Assembly: GCA_050950765.1 (NCBI GenBank) | Contig: JBMNIF010000002.1 | Location: forward strand, 416,001-480,000 | Direction: 5' to 3' | Origin: Bdellovibrionota bacterium | GTDB lineage: Bacteria; Bdellovibrionota_C; UBA2361; JAAYZI01 | DNA: 64,000 nucleotides | Shown: one piece after another, positions 1 through 9,801 of the stretch | Layout of the letters: each line of letters starts with the position of its first letter | Numbering within the stretch: the stretch's first letter is position 1 | Notes under the pieces: generated by a model | What the model saw: the letters and a program-made list of their open reading frames with translations, nothing else | Told to the model about the DNA's origin: nothing | Database searches by the model: none | Made by a program: the position numbers and the translations under genes

Positions 1-1143
1 AGCAAAGTTATCTCCCGCTGCGGCGAGTAAATTAATGGACTCTAAAATACTATACGCCATTACAGGCAGCGCTGTATTAAGCTCAAAATTACTTTGTTGA
101 TTAGCAAACGTTATCGCCGTGTCATATCCGATCACTTGACAAGCAACCATAATAACGGACTCACAGATAACAGGATTAACCTTACCAGGCATAATACTAG
201 ATCCAGGTTGAATCTCGGGCAGCTTTAACTCAGCTAAGTTACATCTCGGTCCCGCCGCCAGCCAACGGATGTCATTAGCGATCTTTATTAAAGCAGAGGC
301 AGCACCTTTCAAAGCTCCACTTAACTCAAGAATAGAATCCTGCGCCGCTTGCGCTGCGAAATGATTTTCCGCTTCTGAAAAAGATCGTCCTGTTCTCTCA
401 TTTAAAAAAGCGATCACTTTAGAAGCAAACTCAGGATGTGCATTTAAACCCGTTCCTACTGCTGTACCACCAAGCGGCAAGTGTCGCACTGATATTAAAG
501 CGCGCTCTATCCGCTCCCAAGCTTGCTGCACCTGTGCTGCATAACCACTAAACTCCTGCCCTAAAGTGATCGGAGTCGCATCTTGCAGATGCGTTCTCCC
601 TACCTTAACGATAGCTGAAAACTCTTGCGTCTTTTTTATCAACGCTGCATGTAAATTTTTTAAAGCTGGAATCAATTTCCCATCACTAAGCTCCACAGCG
701 GCAATATGTATAGCAGACGGAAAGACATCATTTGAAGATTGACAGAGGTTAACATCATCATTCGGATGAATCGTTTTTTTATCGCCTTTCGGTTTCTGCA
801 AGATCTCAAGAGCTCTATTCGCAATCACTTCATTAGCATTCATATTAGTTGAAGTACCGGATCCAGTTTGATAAACATCAACCACAAAGTGTTGATAGTT
901 TTTCCCCGTCACCACCTCTTCTGCAGCCGCTATAATAGCTGCCGCTTTATCCGGCGCTAATAACCCCAGATCTCTATTAACAGTAGCTGCCGCTAATTTA
1001 ATAAACCCTAAAGCAGAGATAAACTCTCTCTGAAAACGTTTATCACTAATAGGAAAATTCAAGACAGCACGTTGCGTTGAAGCACCGTATAACGCCTCAT
1101 CAGGAAGGTGCATCTCACCCATAGAATCTTTTTCTATCCTCAT
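1..1143 (-). CDS. fumC: Class II fumarate hydratase; 3' end runs off the left edge of the window
   Basis: Manual translation from ATG at 1143 gives MRIEKDSMGEM..LYGASTQRA..NFPIS..VYQTGSGTSTNMNANEVIANR..HPNDDVN..QSSND..VGRTHLQDATPITLGQEFSGY..GSSIMPGKVNP. Absent from the ORF track because it has no stop codon in the window. Confidence 0.93.
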   Translation of the reverse strand, partial: MRIEKDSMGEMHLPDEALYGASTQRAVLNFPISDKRFQREFISALGFIKLAAATVNRDLGLLAPDKAAAIIAAAEEVVTGKNYQHFVVDVYQTGSGTSTNMNANEVIANRALEILQKPKGDKKTIHPNDDVNLCQSSNDVFPSAIHIAAVELSDGKLIPALKNLHAALIKKTQEFSAIVKVGRTHLQDATPITLGQEFSGYAAQVQQAWERIERALISVRHLPLGGTAVGTGLNAHPEFASKVIAFLNERTGRSFSEAENHFAAQAAQDSILELSGALKGAASALIKIANDIRWLAAGPRCNLAELKLPEIQPGSSIMPGKVNPVICESVIMVACQVIGYDTAITFANQQSNFELNTALPVMAYSILESINLLAAAGDNFA

Positions 1144-1156
1144 TTTTTTCACCCCC

Positions 1157-1702
1157 TCATTTTTTACGACTTTCAGCGTAACGCATAATTCCGATAATAG
1201 TCATAGCATCCTTTATCTCGCCTACGGCGATCATCTGCAACGCTTCCTCAAGTGTTACATACCTTAAACTCAAAACCTCCGTTCCATCAGGATCTTTAGG
1301 AACCTCTTCTAGATCCTCTGCAAGAAAGAGATACCCCCTTTCGTTAGTAAAGCAGTTGCTCAACATAATCTCTCCTCCGAGAGGTTGCCACTTTGAAGCT
1401 TTAAAACCGCCCTCCTCTACCAACTCTCTCTTTATCGCATCAAGGGGTGTTTCGCCAACTTCAGCGCCCCCTTCAATTATCTCCCAAGAATACTCCTCTA
1501 CGGCGTAACGGTATTGTCCAACTAAGATAATCTTCCCTTCAGCATTAACAGCCACTACTCCCGTTGCAAACCTTGCTTCTACCACACTATAAATTCCATC
1601 ACTACCATCGGGTCTAATAACACTATCTTCTCTAAGGCGTATCCACGGATTTTTATATACCTCACGACTCCCTTTTTTTACCCACGGATTCTTTTCCGAC
1701 AT
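1157..1702 (-). CDS. NUDIX hydrolase (ADP-ribose pyrophosphatase-like)
   Basis: Nudix box GGAEVGETPLDAIKRELVEEGG. Confidence 0.9.
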   Translation of the reverse strand: MSEKNPWVKKGSREVYKNPWIRLREDSVIRPDGSDGIYSVVEARFATGVVAVNAEGKIILVGQYRYAVEEYSWEIIEGGAEVGETPLDAIKRELVEEGGFKASKWQPLGGEIMLSNCFTNERGYLFLAEDLEEVPKDPDGTEVLSLRYVTLEEALQMIAVGEIKDAMTIIGIMRYAESRKK

Positions 1703-2004
1703 TTAAACCCCATTAAATAAAGTGATAAAATTAACGGACTAGATCGATAAATTACCTCTCCAAAGATTCACATCAAATACCCCCTTAATAGATTAAGATC
1801 CCGCACTCCTCTCGGCAACCTTCAAAAAACGATCCTTGTGTTCCTCTAATAACTCTTTAATAGGTGCAACTCTTTTATGTAAAGAGGAGATCTGAAAGGA
1901 TGTGGGCTTTTAGTATCCTTATAATTTACACCTACGATAAAAAAGTGATCTTAAGTGATGCTTCTACCTTACATACAAAGTTTAATAACAGAGGTGTTTT
2001 TTAA

Positions 2005-2733
2005 CTAACTAGCATTTTGCGCTAATACAAGGGTAGCTGAGCGCATCCCCTGCAAATAGACTTTTACAGATGCTAGAGAATTAAAGACAGGGCAGCCTAA
2101 CTTAATCAAATTATCGTGGTGCTGACACCCTCTGGAAACGAGTATGCAATCAATACCGAGAACATCTGCCACCTCCTTATCGTGTGCAGTATCACCCACC
2201 AACAGAATCTCACTTGCAGAAAAGTCGTTATCATTAAACCACTTTTGCCCGTTAGCAACTTTGCTGTCAGCTGCATTAGAGTGCAGCCCCTGCACATCCG
2301 TAAAGAATGAACCTAACCCCTTCTCTGTCACACTCTTAATCAAGATATCGTGGGGTAACGCCGACAAGATCGATTGACTGAGACCCCAACTTTGCAGAGT
2401 TGTTAAGATCGGAAGAGCATCATCAAAGATCTTACATTCAGGTAGACACTCTACATAACTGTTATGAAAATGATCCGTTATCTCCAAGTATGAACGCTTA
2501 CTAAAATCCACCCCGACTTCCGTATAAAAGTCCTTCATCGGATGGTGGAACTTCCGTTTATACTCATCAGGCGGTATGGCTGGCACACCACAAAGTTCAA
2601 GCTCTTTTAGACAGAGGAGGTAGCTGACAGTGGCATCATTGATTAACGTGCCGTTCCAATCCCAGATCGTATGTTTATAAAAGGTATTACTCATTATAAA
2701 TTTCTCTGATAAAAAATGGTTTTTTACAGCCAT
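2005..2733 (-). CDS. HAD-family hydrolase (phosphoglycolate phosphatase-like)
   Basis: Motif I WDWNGTL and motif IV LVGDTAHD; start may be the downstream ATG (MSNTF). Confidence 0.85.
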   Translation of the reverse strand: MAVKNHFLSEKFIMSNTFYKHTIWDWNGTLINDATVSYLLCLKELELCGVPAIPPDEYKRKFHHPMKDFYTEVGVDFSKRSYLEITDHFHNSYVECLPECKIFDDALPILTTLQSWGLSQSILSALPHDILIKSVTEKGLGSFFTDVQGLHSNAADSKVANGQKWFNDNDFSASEILLVGDTAHDKEVADVLGIDCILVSRGCQHHDNLIKLGCPVFNSLASVKVYLQGMRSATLVLAQNAS

Positions 2734-3058
2734 GAATATACAAGAGATTACGTTCTTTAGCTATTTTTTAGGAGTGCTACATTCTAAAAACTGGGAAAAA
2801 TATCGCTTGGCTTAATTAAATCAAGGTGCTAGCCCCCTTTAAAAGTATCCGTTTTCTTTACAGATAATAGTTTGATGTGACTAGCGACACCGAATCTTGT
2901 AAAATCAGGTATCCGAAAATAGTTAAACTTAAAGAGTAAGTGGCAATAAATTTTAAGAAGATTACCTATTTCGGTAAAAGTATTAGGATTAATTGAAGCA
3001 AAATATTCTTTAAGAGGATTAGAGTTCAGATATTAAATCTTTCTAAGGTCATGCTGAT

Positions 3059-3376
3059 ATGGAAAACAAAAGTTCTGAATTATTTGATAAACTGGGTCTT
3101 CAAGTAAGCTCCTGTAATGTTGAAGAGGGGAAAACATACTGGATTTACGGCTGCATCACTAAATTTATAGACGATACACCAGGCAACGTTATCGTCGAGC
3201 TTAACTTTTCAATTCGCACTCGACTCACCATACAAACTAAGGAAAAGGTCGAGCTATTAAAAGAACGTGCTTTTGAAGCAGGTATCTTCGTCTGCACAAT
3301 GCTCCCGAAAAATGATCAACTGGATGCTGATTGTCAAACAGTTGTTTTCGGACGTAAGCAGAGCGTAGTAGTTTAG
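3059..3376 (+). CDS. Hypothetical protein
   Basis: 105-aa ORF followed by a terminator hairpin. Confidence 0.7.
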   Translation: MENKSSELFDKLGLQVSSCNVEEGKTYWIYGCITKFIDDTPGNVIVELNFSIRTRLTIQTKEKVELLKERAFEAGIFVCTMLPKNDQLDADCQTVVFGRKQSVVV

Positions 3377-3402
3377 AGACCTTCCTGTAAGCTTGATCTA
3401 TT

Positions 3403-3444
3403 AACCCGGACACGCTAAAAAAGTGTCCGGGTTTTTTCTTTTTT
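3403..3444 (+). terminator. Rho-independent terminator
   Basis: aacccggacac-gctaaaaaa-gtgtccgggtt stem followed by a T-run. Confidence 0.8.
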
Positions 3445-3454
3445 AGGCAAGCAC

Positions 3455-4075
3455 ATGGATCATCTTAATGAATCTCAATCTGAAAAACAGACACAAAGTA
3501 TCGACACTGTTTCTGAAATAAAATCATTTATCAAATCAGTTATCGTCCTCGTTATCTTAATCATCATTTTACGTGGATCTATTATAGAAGCTTTTAGAAT
3601 ACCGTCGGCTTCTATGCGCCCAACCCTGATTGAACAAGATCATATCCTTGTTACTAAGTTTGATTACGGTCTACGTGCCGCTTTTTTCCCTAAAACACTT
3701 TACCAGTTTACAACACCCAAGCGTGGAGACATCGTTGTGTTTACGCAGGAAAACGAGCCGGAGACAAACATCATCAAACGTGTTATCGGATTAGCAGGGG
3801 AAACTTTTGAAGTTAAAGGACGGCAAGTTTTTATAAATGGAAAAGAGCTTCAAGAACCTGAAAATATAAAGTGGCTTGATGGCGGAAAAGAAGATTTCGG
3901 TCCCGTAACTATTCCAGAAGGTCACGTTATTGTTCTAGGTGATAACAGAGACCACTCCAGAGACTCCAGATATTGGAATAACCCCTTTCTTGATATCAAA
4001 CTAATTAAAGGTAAAGCTAAGATTATCTATTTTAACTGGGTTTCTCTAAGCAGAGCGGGAACTTTAATTAAATAA
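3455..4075 (+). CDS. lepB: Signal peptidase I
   Basis: TM segment, IPSASMRPTL (Ser), IKRVIG (Lys), GDNRDHSRDSRYW. Confidence 0.95.
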   Translation: MDHLNESQSEKQTQSIDTVSEIKSFIKSVIVLVILIIILRGSIIEAFRIPSASMRPTLIEQDHILVTKFDYGLRAAFFPKTLYQFTTPKRGDIVVFTQENEPETNIIKRVIGLAGETFEVKGRQVFINGKELQEPENIKWLDGGKEDFGPVTIPEGHVIVLGDNRDHSRDSRYWNNPFLDIKLIKGKAKIIYFNWVSLSRAGTLIK

Positions 4076-4292
4076 TCTCTGATCATAATTTGATTATAAA
4101 TAGTTAAAATACACATTCTTCTTTTATTTCAATATGTTAGCGACACGCTCTAACATTTCTTGCGTCTCTACAAGCACATAACTCATCTTAATCAGGGGGC
4201 TGTCTTATTTTACTTGAAGCGCAAAGAACGCAAAGCAGATAAGAGTAGAGTGCCCGTTATATAGAACTGAAAATATAATTCTCTATAAATAA

Positions 4293-7200
4293 ATGACAGA
4301 AACAAAGGAAAAGAAACATAAAGAGAGTAAGCCTCGAAAAAAAACGGCATCTACTTCAGCCAAAACAAAGGAGGTCAACTCTGAAACTACCGCAAAGGTC
4401 GAACAGCCGTTAGCTGCAGAAAAAAAGAGCACCCGTAAAAAAGCAACATCCAGCGCTTCAAAAAAATCTCTCTCAAAAACAGTTACAAAATCAAGAGCCT
4501 CTCTTCCGAAGTTCAAGCTTAAAATAAAACCTATTAAAGCGTTGACTTCAAAAGAGCACCTCCCTTCTGAAGAGCTTTTAGCGATTAATAAAAGTAGAGA
4601 GGAGCGTGGTCACGCTTTGGCAGATCTACTTTTTGAATATGCCAATAAAAAAAGGATATTAGATTTAGACACCTATGTAGAAGCTATTCAAGAGGCAGTA
4701 CGTGGTAAACGATCGGAGGAGAATCAAGCTATCTTAAGAGCAGCCTGCGCATACTTTAAAGAAAAGTATACAAAGTGGTGTCGTGAAAGAGGTAACAGCG
4801 TTGAGCTATTAGATAATATCGTTCGCAGAACGGGGAAAGAGACAGAGCCTTTTTTAGCTAAGCTCTTACACGGGTTTGATGTAAAAGAGATGGCGAGAGA
4901 GCTCTGGGATCTGGATGTTCAAAAGAAAACAGCAGAGTTGCGAATTGCACGGCAACAGATATACGAGCTAACAAACGATCAAGTAACGGAGCTGCGCGAA
5001 GAGTACAACACCATTCCGAGTCAAGACCTTGCAACTGAAATTCATACAGCGCTTTACGCCACTAACCTAACGGGAGAAGCACAACCTGACGTCTCTGCCA
5101 TTAAGTACGCTTTGCGTGGCAGAACCTTAAATGAAGTAAAGCAGATCGAGTTTCAATTTAATGAAAAATATCATTTCGTGTATGACGACTCCAAAGAGCC
5201 TCCTCTGCGACAACAGTTGCGTGATAAATTATCTGAAAAAGATGCGCGCGAAATTGAAAAGCTTTTAAAAGGTTTTAGCTCAAGAGAGGTGGCAGAAAAC
5301 GTACACGATCTTTTAGTTCATTGTTCGGAAGCAAGTGAAGTTATCCAAACAAAGAAGAAAATTCATCCTGATTTTTCAGGTAATTTTAGACGTGATTATT
5401 CAGCAGCTCCTGTGATAGAGCGCGAGCTGCGTGCGAGAGAAGAGATCGATCACCTAATTGAATATCTTACTCCAGCACAATTTAAAAATGTAAATCGTCA
5501 ACTTGAACAACGATTTTCAGAAAAGCTTACAGAAGGGCTTTATTCTTGCAATCATCCTTTTGATCCGCGCAAAGTTGCTATCCAACTCTTTAGATCATTT
5601 CAAAACGTTCCACAACGTAGACAGTGTCGTAAAGATCAAGATTATCTGGCGTATTCTCAGGTTCTTGAAATTAAATCACGTTTCAGTACCAGCACACACA
5701 GTGAGATAACGGAGATTATAACTAAATGGGCAAATGAACAGAAAGCTTCTGAATCTTTTCAGATAATCAAACAAGCCCTACTTCCGATTCAAGATCTAGA
5801 TCCGACACAACTTTTTTATGTTAAAAAATGGTTCTACGTCTGCACCGGTTTAACGTTGCAAAAATACATTGAAGAGCGTGTTAATTTTCTTTGCAGAAAT
5901 GATGTTCCTAAATATGTTGCTATTATTTTAAAAAACAGACTTGCTGGAACTTCTCGTTTACCACTAAAAGCAGACCTCTTTGATCTTTTCTCTACGGCGG
6001 AGCAACGCCAACAAAACTATATAAACCTAGAGCCTCAAGCAAAATTGTTAGAACAAGCTAAAGCTGATGCTAGAGCCATAGATAAAATTCTCTCGGACAA
6101 ACAGGATGCGCGCAAATCAAAAGCTTTACTAGCTTTTCTTGAGAAACGGAACAGAGATCAGAGTAATGCTATGGAAAAAGCATTTTTAGAATTGTCTAAA
6201 GGCGTTCCCTTAATAGAGGCTATCAGAAGTAAAGTTAAGTCAAAAAAATCTCAAACGGCAGCTATTTTACTTTTATCTCAATTTCATGTTTGGGAAGAGG
6301 CGAAACGTATTGATAAAGATCCTGAGCATTTATTAACACTACTAGCGGAGCCACCACGTTCAGTTGCTTTTGTGCTGCAAGAGTATAGAGCAACATACAA
6401 GAAAAACTTATCAAGTATAATTAAAAGCAGTTATAAAGGTCAGGACTTACAGGAGAAACGGTTACTTTTAAATTCCGTTCTTTTTACTCCTAACGTTTTA
6501 AAGCTGCATAAGATCTTCAAAACAACGGAGCCACTTCCAGAGGAATCTCTTCATTTTTTAACTAGACAACTTTCCCGTCCGCGTTTGGATGTACTGGCGT
6601 TTGAGGCAGCTTACAACCGCTACTTCGCACGTTTTGAATATTGCCAAGATAAACTTTACGGATCACTTTTACAGCAGTTAAGGATCTTAGCAACAGAAGA
6701 GCTTATCCCACGTCAATCTTTTGCAAGTGCTGTTCTTCTATTAGAAGATGTTGATCCATCAATTCCAGTTACGATGCAAAATCACCTAAGTGAAAAAGAG
6801 ATCGGCGGCAATGCCATTATTAAGCTGCATCAACTGTTACGCGACTTTAAAGACCACTTAAAGATCTTACAGAAAGCCTATAACGCTTTAAACGAAAAAA
6901 ATACTCTTCGCGAAACGATCTATGATCTGAAGATACCGCTCGAGGTGAAAAACAAAACTTTACTTCTGCTAGACGGTTATGATCCTGATGCGGTCGCTAA
7001 AGAGATTATCACACTACTGAAAAAAGATTTATCAGCAGAGAAACTCGGGGCTGAGATCTGCGCCATCTTAGCAACATCAACACCTAAAGCTTTTAATCCA
7101 CGCATTCCGCTGCAAGCTAACTGGATTGATGAGATGTATCATCAGATCCGTGTTAGTTATGAAGCTCAAACAGGTAGTAGACTGATAGCAGACCTACTTC

Positions 7201-7541
7201 GCAGAAACGTTCCTATGAAGGGGGCAGGCATTAACGCTATTACATATAAGCTTTACGGTGAAGTTGCCAAAACTGTTATCAACATTCGACACCTCGTTAG
7301 CTTGCGCGGAACTGCTGCCGATAAGTTTGAAGTTACGGATAGAAAAATCGTGCAAACCTTAGCGGATCTTTTACCAGCTCTAAGGGAAAGAGCTATGAAT
7401 ATGTATGATGCCTATTATTCAGATGTAGGCGGAAGTCTCTCCCTACTGGCAGAGATAAAAACCTTCTCCAATAAACTCGTCCGCCAAAATGGAATAGAGC
7501 TGCTTGAGGAAGCGCTAGTCTGGGACACTCCTGAACAGTAA
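4293..7541 (+). CDS. Large protein with a Lys/Ser-rich N-terminus and multiple annexin-like helical repeats
   Basis: 1082-aa ORF; segments such as PDVSAIKYALRGRTLNEVKQIEFQFNEKY..LRQQLRDKLS and VLQEYRATYKKNLSSIIKSSYKG resemble annexin repeats. Confidence 0.6.
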   Translation: MTETKEKKHKESKPRKKTASTSAKTKEVNSETTAKVEQPLAAEKKSTRKKATSSASKKSLSKTVTKSRASLPKFKLKIKPIKALTSKEHLPSEELLAINKSREERGHALADLLFEYANKKRILDLDTYVEAIQEAVRGKRSEENQAILRAACAYFKEKYTKWCRERGNSVELLDNIVRRTGKETEPFLAKLLHGFDVKEMARELWDLDVQKKTAELRIARQQIYELTNDQVTELREEYNTIPSQDLATEIHTALYATNLTGEAQPDVSAIKYALRGRTLNEVKQIEFQFNEKYHFVYDDSKEPPLRQQLRDKLSEKDAREIEKLLKGFSSREVAENVHDLLVHCSEASEVIQTKKKIHPDFSGNFRRDYSAAPVIERELRAREEIDHLIEYLTPAQFKNVNRQLEQRFSEKLTEGLYSCNHPFDPRKVAIQLFRSFQNVPQRRQCRKDQDYLAYSQVLEIKSRFSTSTHSEITEIITKWANEQKASESFQIIKQALLPIQDLDPTQLFYVKKWFYVCTGLTLQKYIEERVNFLCRNDVPKYVAIILKNRLAGTSRLPLKADLFDLFSTAEQRQQNYINLEPQAKLLEQAKADARAIDKILSDKQDARKSKALLAFLEKRNRDQSNAMEKAFLELSKGVPLIEAIRSKVKSKKSQTAAILLLSQFHVWEEAKRIDKDPEHLLTLLAEPPRSVAFVLQEYRATYKKNLSSIIKSSYKGQDLQEKRLLLNSVLFTPNVLKLHKIFKTTEPLPEESLHFLTRQLSRPRLDVLAFEAAYNRYFARFEYCQDKLYGSLLQQLRILATEELIPRQSFASAVLLLEDVDPSIPVTMQNHLSEKEIGGNAIIKLHQLLRDFKDHLKILQKAYNALNEKNTLRETIYDLKIPLEVKNKTLLLLDGYDPDAVAKEIITLLKKDLSAEKLGAEICAILATSTPKAFNPRIPLQANWIDEMYHQIRVSYEAQTGSRLIADLLRRNVPMKGAGINAITYKLYGEVAKTVINIRHLVSLRGTAADKFEVTDRKIVQTLADLLPALRERAMNMYDAYYSDVGGSLSLLAEIKTFSNKLVRQNGIELLEEALVWDTPEQ

Positions 7542-7599
7542 ATTTTTTCCCCCCTCAAAAACACGCCTCCCGCACTAGCCGCCCGCTCTGCCAGAACCC

Positions 7600-8955
7600 G
7601 TCTTACTAAAGGGTGGCACCTTTTTAACCTCCGTCCAGATCTAGCTAATTCGCTTTGCAGTATCAGCCCGTTCTATCGTCCCTAGTGGGTGGCACCAGAT
7701 CTGCCAAATTCTAAGCTTTTACTAACATACTGATATTATTAGCTATCGTTATTTTAGAGTCTTTTAGCACTGGTGGGTGGCACCAAATTTTCGGCACTGT
7801 TACTGGTGGGTGGCACCAGATCTGCCAAATTCTAAGCTTTTACTAACATACTGATATTATTAGCTATCGTTATTTTAGAGTCTTTTAGCACTGGTGGGTG
7901 GCACCTTTTTAACCTTCGTCCAGATCTAACTAATTCATTTTTTAATATCAGCCCGCCCTACCGTCCCTGAAGGGTGGCACTTTTTTAACCTCCGTCCAGA
8001 TCTAGCTGACTCGCCCTGCAGTTGCAGCCCGTTCTAGCGCCCCTGAAAGGTGGCACCAGATCTGCCAAATTCTAAGCCTTTGCTAACATACTGATATTAT
8101 TAGCTATCGTTATTTTAGAGTCTTTTAGCACTGGTGGGTGGCACCTTTTTAACCTCCGTCCAGACCTAACCAACTTGTTCTGCAGTTGCAGCCCGCTCTA
8201 TCGCCCCTGAAGGGTGGCACCATTTTAACCTTCGTCCAGATCTAGCTAATTCATTTTTTAATATCAGCCCGTTCTGCGGTCATTAAAGGGTGGCACTAAA
8301 ACTAACCATTTTTAGTTAGGTGCTAACATATTGATTTTAAAGACTTCGTCCTTTTAAGCTAAGATTCTGCACTGGTGGGAGATTCTGCACTGGTGGGTGG
8401 CACCAGTTCTTAGCCCGTCTTAGTGGTGGGTGGCACCAAATTTTCGGCACTGTTACTGGTGGGTGGCACCAGTTTTTTACCACCCCGTCCTATCGTCCTT
8501 GAAGGGTGGCACCAGTTCTTAGCCCGTCTTAACTGGTGGGTGGCACCTTTTTAACCTCCGTCCAGATCTAGCTAATTCGCTTTGCAGTATCAGCCCGTTC
8601 TATCGCCCCTAGTGGGTGGCACCAGATCTGCCAAATTCTAAGCTTTTACTAACATACTGATATTATTAGCTATCGTTATTTTAGAGTCTTTTAGCACTGG
8701 TGGGTGGCACCTTTTTGACCCCCGTGAAAACCTAACTAACTTGTTTTTTAATATCAGCCCGTTCTACCGTCCCTAAAGGGTGGCACCATTTTAACCTCCG
8801 TCCAGATCTAGCTAATTCATTTTTTAATATCAGCCCGTCCAACCGTCCCTAGTGGGTGGCACCTTTTTAACCTCCGTCCAGACCTAACCAACTTGTTCTG
8901 CAGTTGCAGCCCGTCCAACCGTCCCTAGTGGGTGGCAGCAAATTTTTAACCTCCA
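7600..8955 (+). repeat. Modular mosaic repeat array with 20 GGGTGGCACC(-like) cores separating A (76 bp), B (88 bp) and C (33-43 bp) modules
   Basis: Cores start at 7611,7687,7775,7808,7896,7972,8048,8136,8212,8288,8395,8428,8461,8504,8538,8614,8702,8778,8854,8930. Confidence 0.95.
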
Positions 8956-9060
8956 CCATCACTAAAGTGCGATCTCTCAATTTAACAAAGCATTGAGAAA
9001 AAAAATCTATGTCGCTATAATTATTTCACGATTTTTAAAACTTATTAAGGTGTTAGGATT

Positions 9061-9633
9061 ATGTCAGATCAAGCAAAAGAAAATGTAGTCTATGGACCTG
9101 TTGATAACGGTATCCTTGGGGTTCAGTTTAAAATATTAAAAAGCCACTATGACGACAGAGGCTTTTTTCGTGAAGTAATCCGACACAACGACCCTGTCTT
9201 TTCAGAAGGACCTTTTGCCCAGTGGAGTCATAGCAGAATGCAAAAAAACGTCGTTAAGGCTTGGCACTACCATCATCAACAGATCGATTGGTGGTATGTT
9301 CCACTAGGTCAAGTTGAAGTTGTCCTTTTTGATTACAGAGAAGATAGCCCTACATACAGGACAAAGATGATCTTTCGCATGGGAGAAAGTGAAAAATACG
9401 GAGAAGACACCCATGAGATGTGCGTCAAAATCCCTTATCGAGTGCTACACGGTTGCCAAGTTCTAAGTGATGAGGCTCACCTCTTCTACATCACAAGTAA
9501 GACCTACAACCCACAAGATGAAGGCAGGTTGCCTTTTGATTCTGATGAAGTTCCTCATAACTGGGGCGCTGACGCTATCACTTGCGAACAAGATAGACGT
9601 TTAAATAAATTAACAACGCCTGTCTCTAAATAA
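9061..9633 (+). CDS. dTDP-4-dehydrorhamnose 3,5-epimerase (RmlC-like cupin) family protein
   Basis: DDRGFFREV, VKAWHYH, LFDYREDSPTY, HGCQVLSD motifs. Confidence 0.85.
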   Translation: MSDQAKENVVYGPVDNGILGVQFKILKSHYDDRGFFREVIRHNDPVFSEGPFAQWSHSRMQKNVVKAWHYHHQQIDWWYVPLGQVEVVLFDYREDSPTYRTKMIFRMGESEKYGEDTHEMCVKIPYRVLHGCQVLSDEAHLFYITSKTYNPQDEGRLPFDSDEVPHNWGADAITCEQDRRLNKLTTPVSK

Positions 9634-9801
9634 ATTAAGCTAACCCGATCTCACCTCTCTAAAGCTTTTTTCTTAAAAACTTTAGAGAGCGTTTTTAGTG
9701 CACTTACCCCTCACCTCGAGAAGCTCCTTGAAAAGCTACCTCTTCAGATACAAGGTGCACTTTATCTTTTATTATCTTTTATCTTTTTTTTATAAACTTT
9801 T

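Noticed and set aside
7600..8955. CRISPR array interpretation of the core/module arrays (also 33.2-33.9 kb)
   Set aside because: The constant part is only about 10 bp, the intervening sequences are recurrent homologous modules rather than unique spacers, lengths vary from 33 to 107 bp, and no cas genes are present.
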